This document shows positions 1 through 7,542 of a DNA stretch of 46,303 bases, in pieces. Position 1 is the stretch's first letter. The number at the start of each line of letters is the position of its first letter. The position numbers and the translations under genes were made by a program. Below the pieces are notes generated by a model, which searched no databases, was not told the origin of the DNA, and saw nothing but the letters and a program-made list of their open reading frames with translations. The stretch comes from a virus, in the IMG/VR virus record IMGVR_UViG_3300013767_000039, positions 1-46,303 of that record, one strand, 5' to 3'.

Positions 1-127
1 CGTCAACTCTGGTCGTTGTCTTGCGTCAACTCTGGTCGTTGTCTTGCGTCAACTCTGGTCGTTGTCTTGCGTCAACTCTGGTCGTTGTCTTGCGTCAACT
101 CTGGTCGTTGTCTTGCGTCAACTCTGG
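1..127. repeat. Left terminal tandem array: 5 full copies plus a 12-nt partial copy of the 23-mer CGTCAACTCTGGTCGTTGTCTTG
   Basis: Read directly. Units lie at 1-23, 24-46, 47-69, 70-92 and 93-115, with a partial unit at 116-127. The same array recurs at 46177-46303, and the first 105 nt equal the last 105 nt of the window. Confidence 0.97.
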
Positions 128-372
128 ACCGCGTTAGCATCCTCAGGTGTGCTAGGTGTTACCTCAGCTTTGACGAGCACGACATGATATTCATAGCCGT
201 CTGAGGTTATCGGGTTGGCTCTGTATCGCTCAGCCATTGCATAGGCTGCAGGAGGGCTCATCCATACAGAGTCTGTCTTGGTCTTAAGTAGGACTACAGC
301 ACCTGTGGCGACGTTGTGTGCCTCTACTTTTGCCAATAGCTTTACTTTGCTCGGTGTGCTTGGGTGGCTCAT
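118..372 (-). CDS. Hypothetical protein (84 aa), transcribed toward the left terminus
   Basis: ATG at 372 is preceded by GGAGAAAG at about 8 nt. The stop codon TGA (118-120) lies inside the first repeat unit. No recognisable motifs. Confidence 0.6.
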   Translation of the reverse strand: MSHPSTPSKVKLLAKVEAHNVATGAVVLLKTKTDSVWMSPPAAYAMAERYRANPITSDGYEYHVVLVKAEVTPSTPEDANAVQS

Positions 373-729
373 GTTCTTCTTTCTCCGTGTCTCTGGCTGG
401 GTTAGGTGTACCAGAGGATAGCCTAAAGAGTCTAAAGAGGTCTAGTGAACCTTTAGTGTAGCTCTCTTCGTGTTTCTTCTTAAAAGAAATGTGACGTGTT
501 GTCCCTAGATTCCAAATTGCATACAAAGCGAACAACAGTACACACACCAGACCAGCACAACAGCACACCGAATGCACACCAGCGAATGAGCCCCAACACA
601 CAGGCCTAATGTCTAGGAAACGTGACCCTGATTCTATCTATTAGATATGACATCTGATGGAAACGTATATGAATCAAGCACTTAGCCCATGGTTCGCCTC
701 GCTTCTGGTCTTTCGCCCCCGTTCTAGCG

Positions 730-744
730 CCATAGTACCCCCTA
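730..744 (+). promoter_or_regulatory. Copy 1 of the 15-bp direct repeat CCATAGTACCCCCTA (candidate late promoter or operator element)
   Basis: An exact 15-mer is repeated at 941-955, and the CCATAGTA core recurs at 41196-41203. All copies are plus-oriented in leaders upstream of plus-strand genes. Confidence 0.3.
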
Positions 745-940
745 CTGCGTCCCCTGCTGCCATGCTCCAAAAAAGGCGCTAAAGCCTCTGCCGTGGTTGT
801 TGTTGTTCAGACTTCTTGATGGGTGTCACCCCACAGAAATCCTAAGAATAAAAGGGACTCCCACGTCACACACAAGTACCCCCAGCTACCCCCCGGCTAC
901 CCCCACATCCCCACGGTACTTATAGGTTCTCCCTAACCCT

Positions 941-955
941 CCATAGTACCCCCTA
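941..955 (+). promoter_or_regulatory. Copy 2 of the 15-bp direct repeat CCATAGTACCCCCTA, 20 nt upstream of the first virion gene
   Basis: Exact repeat of 730-744. It sits in a strongly C-rich leader (TACCCCC occurs 3 more times in 875-906). CATAG resembles the CTATAG initiation box of T7-type promoters. Confidence 0.3.
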
Positions 956-974
956 GGCCCCCACTCCCCCGCGC

Positions 975-1691
975 ATGTCCCTAGAAACCGCACAGTATAT
1001 TAATCAGCTTAACCCAGCTATGCCCCTAGGGTCTGATGCCCTGGCATTCGCTGATGACCACATGAGGCTGATTAAGACAGTCCTCCAGAACACCTTTCCC
1101 AATCTCACAGGCCCTGTTACGGCTACCCAAGGCGTCATTAACAATGCCATGCCGGTGGGTGGGATTATCCTGTGGAGTGGGGCCACGGTGCCCTCTGGCT
1201 GGGCATTATGTAATGGTCAGACTGTTCCTAAGTCCGATGGTACAGGTAATACGACTGTCCCTGACCTCCGGGATAAATTCATTGTAGCCTCAGGGGGTGC
1301 CTATGCCATCGGGAATACCGGGGGTAATGCCAGCAATACCCTGACGGTTGCTCAGCTCCCTTCGCATACTCATAGCGGCTCCACAGATACCCAAGGCTCC
1401 CATGCCCACGGGGGCGGTACTTCTGCCATAGGTGACCACCAGCACAGCCTACCGAACCTTGGTGGTGCTCAGGCTGGTTCAGATAACGGTGGCGTGGGTA
1501 TCGGTGTGAGTAATGGTTATTGGGGCAACACCCAAGGCCCTACCTCTGCTGCCGGTGGTCACAGCCACACGATCTCTACGGACACCCAAGGTGCCCACGC
1601 TCACAACATCACAGTAGGCAATACCGGCTCTGGTGCTGCCATTGAGAACCGGCCTCCGTACTACGCCTTGGCTCTCATTATCAAGGTCTAA
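975..1691 (+). CDS. Tail fibre protein with phage tail-collar domain and a Gly/His-rich repeat region (238 aa)
   Basis: VPSGWALCNGQ...VPDLRDKF matches the tail-collar signature. There are five HxH motifs (HTH, HAH, HQH, HSH, HAH). The C-terminus PPYYALALIIKV is typical of this family. Confidence 0.8.
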   Translation: MSLETAQYINQLNPAMPLGSDALAFADDHMRLIKTVLQNTFPNLTGPVTATQGVINNAMPVGGIILWSGATVPSGWALCNGQTVPKSDGTGNTTVPDLRDKFIVASGGAYAIGNTGGNASNTLTVAQLPSHTHSGSTDTQGSHAHGGGTSAIGDHQHSLPNLGGAQAGSDNGGVGIGVSNGYWGNTQGPTSAAGGHSHTISTDTQGAHAHNITVGNTGSGAAIENRPPYYALALIIKV

Positions 1692-1699
1692 GTAAATAA

Positions 1700-2293
1700 A
1701 TGTCCCTAGAGTCAGCACAGTACATCTCCCAGCTCAACCCACAGAATCCCCTCAGTACCGATAGCGTTAGCCAGATTGATGACCACATGCGTATGGTGAA
1801 AACCTGCCTGGTCAATAGCTTTCCTAACGTGGACTCCCCGGTCACCCTGACCACCCAGCAGCTCAACCATCCGATTCCCTCAGGCCTCGTTGCGATGTGG
1901 TCGGGAGCCTTGGCAATGGTGCCCTCTGGCTGGGCCTTGTGTGACGGTACGCAGGGGACTCCAGACCTCCGTGACAGATTCGTTGTGGGGGCCGGCAACA
2001 GCTATGCCGTGGGTGCCTCAGGTGGTGCCACGCTTACCACCCCAGCAGGCTCCCACACCCACACCATCAATAACGCTGGTAGTCACAACCACAGTGGTCA
2101 GACAGGTGATACCAACCTCAACACCACTGTAGGCGTCACAGGTGGTGGTGCATCCAATGCTGTCCTTAGCGGCACCCACCACCACTCTCTGTCTACCGAT
2201 GGTGACCATAACCACACGGTCAACCTCATCGGAGACCACCAGCATACGGCCCTGCCTCCCTACCTGGCATTGGCCTACATCATGAAGCTCTAA
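1700..2293 (+). CDS. Second tail-collar domain fibre protein, a tandem paralog of 975..1691 (197 aa)
   Basis: The N-terminus MSLESAQYISQLNP aligns with MSLETAQYINQLNP of its neighbour. It carries VPSGWALCDG...PDLRDRF, five HxH/HHH motifs and the C-terminus PPYLALAYIMKL. Confidence 0.8.
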   Translation: MSLESAQYISQLNPQNPLSTDSVSQIDDHMRMVKTCLVNSFPNVDSPVTLTTQQLNHPIPSGLVAMWSGALAMVPSGWALCDGTQGTPDLRDRFVVGAGNSYAVGASGGATLTTPAGSHTHTINNAGSHNHSGQTGDTNLNTTVGVTGGGASNAVLSGTHHHSLSTDGDHNHTVNLIGDHQHTALPPYLALAYIMKL

Positions 2294-2296
2294 AGC

Positions 2297-4012
2297 ATGG
2301 CAAACCTCCCGCTTAGGCAACTCGGAGGCGTGGGGGTGGTGACGGATGTCAACCCGTATGACCTCCCGCCTAACGCTTTCTCTGCGGCCAAGAACGTAGT
2401 CTTCCAGAACAACCGTATCTCCCGCGGACCCGTGTTCAAGATGTTGTTTAGTCCCATGCGGACTGCTCAACCATACGACACGGCACCAGGCAACTACGAT
2501 AGCTCCACAGGCACCTACGATGCTGCCTCAGGTGGTCCTAGCACTGCAGCTCGCTTTGTAGGTTCCTACGCTGACCCCATCAACGGGGAGACTGTTTTCA
2601 TCTGTGACAACGATGGAACGGTGCGTACCTACCCCAACACCAACCTAGCCTTTGCTACGCCTGGTAGTGGTCAGGTCACCAACGATAACCCGTGGTCTCA
2701 CGCCATGGTGGCAGGCCACAGCATCCTAGCTCGCCAAGGGATGCAGCCGTACATCCGTAATCTGTCCACAGACGCCAACTACAGTCTCATTGGTGGTGAT
2801 TGGGTAGCCACGGATACCGCATCGGTCGTTCGCCCCTTCCTTGACTTCATCCTCATGTTGAACGTCAACAAGGCCAGTGGTAACTACCCGACCATGGTCA
2901 AGTGGTGTAACCCTGTCCAGTATGGCGCGGCTACCAGCACGATCACATGGGACCCAGCCAACACGAACTACGTCAGCGGTGAGAACGTCCTAGGCGAACT
3001 CAAGTCCCCCATTCGTGATGGTCTGGTGCTGGGGAATGCTTTCATCATCTATGCGCAGTCTCAGGTCTTCCTGATGGAATACACAGGCTCTCAAGCCGTG
3101 TTCAACTTCAGGCGTCTGTTCCCTGACGGTGGCATTCTCAACACCAATTGCGTAGTGGAAGCTGATGGCCGTCACTTCGTCTTTGGCGAGAACGATGTCT
3201 ATGTCCACGATGGCATCCAGAAGCAATCCATTGCTGACGGCAGAGTCCGTAGGCGTATCTACAGCGTCCTAGACCGCTCCAAGCAGACCTCCTGCTTTAC
3301 GGTTCACGATAGCGTCAACAGCCTCATCCACTTCTGCTATCCCAGCCTAGAAGACGAAGCCAGCTTTAAGCACACTCAGTTCTGCAACGCCAGTGCCACC
3401 TATAACTATAAGAGTGACACTTGGACGTTCCTAGACCTCCCGAACATCGTTGGAGGCGCTGAGGCAAACGTGTCCCTGCTCCAGAGCACCTTTGATATGG
3501 TCACTGGTAGCTACGCGGCGTATAACACGGCTTACGTTTCCTTCACCAACACTACCCCCCGCTTCAGCATCATGCTTGGGATTGCAGACCCTAACAACGG
3601 TCTCACTGACTCCCGCATCTATGCTGTAGACCTCCCCTCCACGGGCCTGGTAGACCTCCCAGCACACCCTGAGACACTGAAGACAGCCTATGTCGAACGT
3701 GTGGGGATTGACCTTGATGAGCAGACTGTTGGCGCATTGCCACTACGCTCCTACAAGACAATCACTTGCATCATTCCTCAGTGCGACTTTGACGACTCCA
3801 ACGGTTACTTCACGGTAGCTGTGGGTGCCGCGGACCTCCCTAGTGCTGGTATCAACTACACCTCTGTTCAGGATTACAACCCTTCCACGGGCTACAAGCT
3901 GGACATGAAGGTCAGTGGTCGATACCTAGGCTTCAAGGTCAGCACCAACTCAATCTCCAACTTCAAGTTCAGTGGTTTCGATGCTGAAGTGAAGTCCCTG
4001 AGCAGACGTTGA
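2297..4012 (+). CDS. Tail structural protein (571 aa), possibly the tail tubular B/nozzle type
   Basis: Long ORF in the virion arm. The N-terminus (LRQLGGVGVVTDVNPYDLPPNAF...NNRISRGPVF) has the same pattern as the T7 gp12 N-terminus (LKGGISQQPDIL...GLQKRPP). The function is inferred only. Confidence 0.5.
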   Translation: MANLPLRQLGGVGVVTDVNPYDLPPNAFSAAKNVVFQNNRISRGPVFKMLFSPMRTAQPYDTAPGNYDSSTGTYDAASGGPSTAARFVGSYADPINGETVFICDNDGTVRTYPNTNLAFATPGSGQVTNDNPWSHAMVAGHSILARQGMQPYIRNLSTDANYSLIGGDWVATDTASVVRPFLDFILMLNVNKASGNYPTMVKWCNPVQYGAATSTITWDPANTNYVSGENVLGELKSPIRDGLVLGNAFIIYAQSQVFLMEYTGSQAVFNFRRLFPDGGILNTNCVVEADGRHFVFGENDVYVHDGIQKQSIADGRVRRRIYSVLDRSKQTSCFTVHDSVNSLIHFCYPSLEDEASFKHTQFCNASATYNYKSDTWTFLDLPNIVGGAEANVSLLQSTFDMVTGSYAAYNTAYVSFTNTTPRFSIMLGIADPNNGLTDSRIYAVDLPSTGLVDLPAHPETLKTAYVERVGIDLDEQTVGALPLRSYKTITCIIPQCDFDDSNGYFTVAVGAADLPSAGINYTSVQDYNPSTGYKLDMKVSGRYLGFKVSTNSISNFKFSGFDAEVKSLSRR

Positions 4013-4182
4013 TGTCCTTCAAACCTCCCGTAGAAAACTACACCCGCACGGCTTTCCCTGGTCAACCCAGCTCGCTTCCTTCGTATGTCACGGAAGAGCT
4101 GAAGAAGCTGGAGAAAGTCCTTGCGACTGTCACTGAAGCCCTAGCAGCGGTCGATAAACGACTGACAGCCGGGCACCTGTAA
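4012..4182 (+). CDS. Small hypothetical protein (56 aa; MSFKPPVENY...RLTAGHL), below the ORF-track cutoff
   Basis: Hand-translated. The ATG overlaps the upstream stop (TGATG) and its TAA overlaps the next ATG (TAATG). This fits translational coupling at both ends. Confidence 0.5.
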   Translation: MSFKPPVENYTRTAFPGQPSSLPSYVTEELKKLEKVLATVTEALAAVDKRLTAGHL

Positions 4183-4796
4183 TGTCCTCAGAAAACTTCA
4201 GACGAATCACCACCGATTTCAACGTACAGCCCCTCAGTCAACGCCTCACGGAACACCCTGAGCTGTTCGGACTATACGACTTCAGAGCCTCAGCCTACGC
4301 CTCCCCCCATACCGCCATGCGCGATATATGGGTGCGCTACAAGGATGTCAGGCCTCATCTGGAATCGGGGGATTTCTCTGGCTTTGCTGATGCGCATGAC
4401 CCCATCTGGTATCCGGTGGCTGAGCACATGCCTGAGGTATTCCCTCTGGTGTTCAAGCTCATGTCCCTGGTCAAGGGGGAACGCCTAGGGGGAGTCCTGA
4501 TTACCAGGCTCCCTCCGGGTGGCCGTATAGAGCCCCACGTAGACCGTGGCTGGCACGCGGAGCACTACGACAAATACTATGTCCCAATCCAGAACGGAGC
4601 TGGGGCAACCTTCAACTTCCCCGATGGGGTCATAAGCCCCACCCTTGGGGAAGTCTATTGGTTTAGAAATGACCGCCCCCATTGGGTCATCAATGGCTCT
4701 GACTCAGACCGTATCGCAATGATCGTCTGTATCAAGCCGTGGGACCGCTACGGTGAGCATTCACAAACGATTCAAAGAACTCAGGGGCACCTTTGA
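4182..4796 (+). CDS. Aspartyl/asparaginyl beta-hydroxylase-like Fe(II)/2OG dioxygenase (cupin fold), 204 aa
   Basis: GGRIEPHVDRGW ... GEVYWFRNDRPHWVINGSDSDRIAMIV fits the family pattern (I-x-P-H-x-D ... W-x-x-G ... H-x-v-x-N-x-s-x-x-x-R). The call rests on motif recall only. Confidence 0.55.
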   Translation: MSSENFRRITTDFNVQPLSQRLTEHPELFGLYDFRASAYASPHTAMRDIWVRYKDVRPHLESGDFSGFADAHDPIWYPVAEHMPEVFPLVFKLMSLVKGERLGGVLITRLPPGGRIEPHVDRGWHAEHYDKYYVPIQNGAGATFNFPDGVISPTLGEVYWFRNDRPHWVINGSDSDRIAMIVCIKPWDRYGEHSQTIQRTQGHL

Positions 4797-5103
4797 GTGT
4801 GACCTACTGACGAAGCACTATTTCTCTTCGGGCACGTATGCAAAGCAAATGACGCTGCCCAAGGGCTATGAGGCCCTGTCCCATGCCCACAAATATGACC
4901 ACCTTTCCATCCTTGGCAAAGGTCGCGTCATCGTCAAGACAGACGACACATCCAACGAATACGTAGCGCCAGCCTGCATAGAAATCAAGGCTGGCACCCA
5001 TCACAGCATTACGGCCCTTGAGGACGCAGTGTGGTTCTGCATCCACGCAACCACTGAAACGGACCCGGATGCAATCGACAAAGTTTTGATTCAGGAGGGC
5101 TGA
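4753..5103 (+). CDS. Small cupin-like protein (116 aa; GTG start, overlaps the upstream gene by 44 nt; start uncertain)
   Basis: LSHAHKYDHLSILGKGRV ... GTHHSITA resembles the two cupin His-containing motifs. No in-frame ATG occurs before residue 32. Confidence 0.45.
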   Translation: MSIHKRFKELRGTFECDLLTKHYFSSGTYAKQMTLPKGYEALSHAHKYDHLSILGKGRVIVKTDDTSNEYVAPACIEIKAGTHHSITALEDAVWFCIHATTETDPDAIDKVLIQEG

Positions 5104-5104
5104 T

Positions 5105-6235
5105 ATGCCGTGGGGTGTAGCTGCCGCAGCCGTTGGTGCTGCAGGCTCTATTATTGGTGGTCAAGAACAACAAAGTGCGGCTCAGACTGCAGCCAACAGC
5201 GCCAACTCGCCTTGGTCTGCAGCTCAGCCTTACATCCAGCAGGAATTCCAACCTGCTCAAGACGCCCTCAACACATCCCTAGGACGTGGGGCATACACAG
5301 GTCAGCGTACAGCGTCTCTTAACCCGTACCAGACCCAAGGTGCAAACCAGACTGCTGGGTACGTCAACCAGTTTGGCAACCAGATTCCTGGTCAGCTCTA
5401 CGGCGCTGGTATGGGTGCCCTGAGTAACGGTGCCAACTTCGCTAGCAACGCTCAGGGCCTGTACCAAGGTGCTCAGGCAGACCCTACGCAGCAGTTCCTA
5501 GGCACAGCTTCGCAATACGCTAACAACCCGTATGCGAACCAGATGATTGACTCGGCGAACCTTGACGTAAGCCGTGACCTCAACGAAACGCAACTGCCTA
5601 GCCTGGCACTGAACGCTGCAGGCGCTGGTAACACGAACAGTACTCGTACAGGTGTTGAATCGGCCGTCCTCCAGCGCAACGCTGCACAACAGATGGCGAA
5701 CACTGCGGCCAACATCCGGGGCACCTTGTTTAACAACGGGCTCTCCATGGCGCAGGGTCAATACAACCAGAACTTCAGCAACGCGCTGAATGCAAACCAA
5801 CAATTGAGTGGTCAGACGGCCCTAGGCCTCAACGCCATGAATGGTTCGCAGACGGCTGCTGGTAATAACTTTGACCAGATGAATGCTGCTGGTGGTCTGT
5901 ACCAGACGCAAAACCAGAATGAACTCAACGCTGCTCAACAGCAGTGGGCAGACCAGAACAACGTACCTATGGACCTCATTGGCAAGTACATGAGCGTCAT
6001 CAATGGTAGCTGGGGTGGTCAGCCGGTTGGCGTACCGAATAACACTGTCAGCAACGGCATCCAAGGTGCTCTTGGTGGTGCGGCGCTGGGCACTGGCCTG
6101 TCACAGAAGCTGGGTGGCTCTTTCGGCTGGGGCTCTAACCCGACTCAGGCACAGACTGCAGCCGCCTATGGCACTAACGAGGGCTCTCAGCAGACAGCGA
6201 TGCTCAACGCACAAGACGCTGGAATGTGGGGCTAA
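5105..6235 (+). CDS. Gln/Asn/Ala/Gly-rich virion protein (376 aa), a candidate internal/ejection protein
   Basis: AGGAGGG SD lies before the ATG. The composition is low-complexity Q/N/A/G. The gene sits upstream of the transglycosylase-bearing internal protein. Confidence 0.55.
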   Translation: MPWGVAAAAVGAAGSIIGGQEQQSAAQTAANSANSPWSAAQPYIQQEFQPAQDALNTSLGRGAYTGQRTASLNPYQTQGANQTAGYVNQFGNQIPGQLYGAGMGALSNGANFASNAQGLYQGAQADPTQQFLGTASQYANNPYANQMIDSANLDVSRDLNETQLPSLALNAAGAGNTNSTRTGVESAVLQRNAAQQMANTAANIRGTLFNNGLSMAQGQYNQNFSNALNANQQLSGQTALGLNAMNGSQTAAGNNFDQMNAAGGLYQTQNQNELNAAQQQWADQNNVPMDLIGKYMSVINGSWGGQPVGVPNNTVSNGIQGALGGAALGTGLSQKLGGSFGWGSNPTQAQTAAAYGTNEGSQQTAMLNAQDAGMWG

Positions 6236-6240
6236 TTCAA

Positions 6241-7524
6241 ATGGCAGGCATTCTTAACTTCGGTGACGTTGCTCCCACCAATCAGGCTTTCACTCCTGTA
6301 GAGAGCAACACTCCCCTTCCGCTACAGGCTGCGTATGTGGCCCCTCACGGGTTCCGTCGCGCTGTGGTCAACAGGAACAACCTGAGTGCTGCTATGGCGG
6401 CGGCTCAGGCTGGTCAGGTTCAAGGCGTACCTGCAGGCTACGGCTATGCCCCTGCCCCTCCCCAGCTCGCTCCATACAACGCCCAGCCTATCCCATACGG
6501 CCCTTCGGCGCTTCCGCAGGACAGTAGTCCTCAGATGCTCCCAAGCAGCCTGAGCGGGAATGCTGTGCATCCGAACATGGGTGTGGGTCAGGGTGCGCCT
6601 GGTGGGACATCCCAAGGCTTTCCTGCGCAGAACGCACAAGCCACCCCACAGCAGCAACCACAAGCTCCTGCAGCTCCACAGCAGCCCCAAGGCTTTCAAC
6701 CGAACCTCAACAATGCGATGAGTGACGGTCTGATTAACGCGGGTGCTGCGATGCTGCAGGGCAAGGGCTTTATGAATGGCATGGGTGCTGCTGGTGCTGC
6801 ATTCAACAATGCTTACGAAGGCCGGATTGACAAGGACAGAGCTGAGGGCACACCTAAGGTAGTCCCGATGGCTGGCGGCGCATTCACGATGTTGGTACAT
6901 CCGAACGGTACGCAACAGATTGTCAGTAATGACCAAGTTCAGAAGTACACGGAGGACGCAACGAACCGCGCCAATGAATTCATGCTGAAAAAGCTAGGTA
7001 TCAACTTGGCTGGGCAGGCAGGCCTTATCGACAAGCGGGCTGGTGCCAAGGTCATGGAGACCAACACCGACGCTGGCGCAAACAGGGCCAACATTGATGA
7101 GCTGCGGAGCCTCGCTACACAGCTTCCGCAAACCGGGGCCTCTGGTCCCCTGATTGGTCTGGCCCCCAAGGCCGTCCGTGATGTGGTCAACCCTCAGGGT
7201 TCCGACATTGAAGACAGGGTACGGCGAATCGTCCAAGCGGGTGCCAAGAATGCCCTTGGTTCGCAGTACACCGAACGTGAAGGTGAATTGCTGTTCAACA
7301 CAGGCTACAACCCGCGTCTGTCCCCGGAGCAAAACGCTCAGCGTCTGAATGACCTAGCCAACCGGCTGGAGTCCATGCAGAACAACAAGGACGCACTCAT
7401 TAACCACCTCCGCAACGGTGGAACCTCAGCCAACTTCGTAGCCCCTGCTGCGGGCTCTGGTGGTGGTGGGGGTGTCCTCAGTCCACAGACCTCCAACGGC
7501 CCAGCATGGGCCAAATACCAGTAA
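6241..7524 (+). CDS. Pro/Gln/Ala-rich virion protein (about 427 aa), a candidate internal/ejection protein
   Basis: ORF track 6226..7524 starts at a GTG inside the previous gene. The first ATG is at 6241 (MAGILNFG). The product has a P/Q-rich N-terminal half and a helical C-terminal half. Confidence 0.55.
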   Translation: MAGILNFGDVAPTNQAFTPVESNTPLPLQAAYVAPHGFRRAVVNRNNLSAAMAAAQAGQVQGVPAGYGYAPAPPQLAPYNAQPIPYGPSALPQDSSPQMLPSSLSGNAVHPNMGVGQGAPGGTSQGFPAQNAQATPQQQPQAPAAPQQPQGFQPNLNNAMSDGLINAGAAMLQGKGFMNGMGAAGAAFNNAYEGRIDKDRAEGTPKVVPMAGGAFTMLVHPNGTQQIVSNDQVQKYTEDATNRANEFMLKKLGINLAGQAGLIDKRAGAKVMETNTDAGANRANIDELRSLATQLPQTGASGPLIGLAPKAVRDVVNPQGSDIEDRVRRIVQAGAKNALGSQYTEREGELLFNTGYNPRLSPEQNAQRLNDLANRLESMQNNKDALINHLRNGGTSANFVAPAAGSGGGGGVLSPQTSNGPAWAKYQ

Positions 7525-7542
7525 CACTTTAAGGGTCACACT

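Noticed and set aside
1-127. Possibility that the terminal arrays are CRISPR arrays
   Set aside because: The units are directly abutting with no spacers, so this is a simple tandem repeat.
284-601. 105-aa minus-strand ORF in the left noncoding region
   Set aside because: It has a GTG start with no SD, overlaps the well-initiated 84-aa gene by 89 nt in another frame, and has poor composition. One hydrophobic stretch is not enough to call it.
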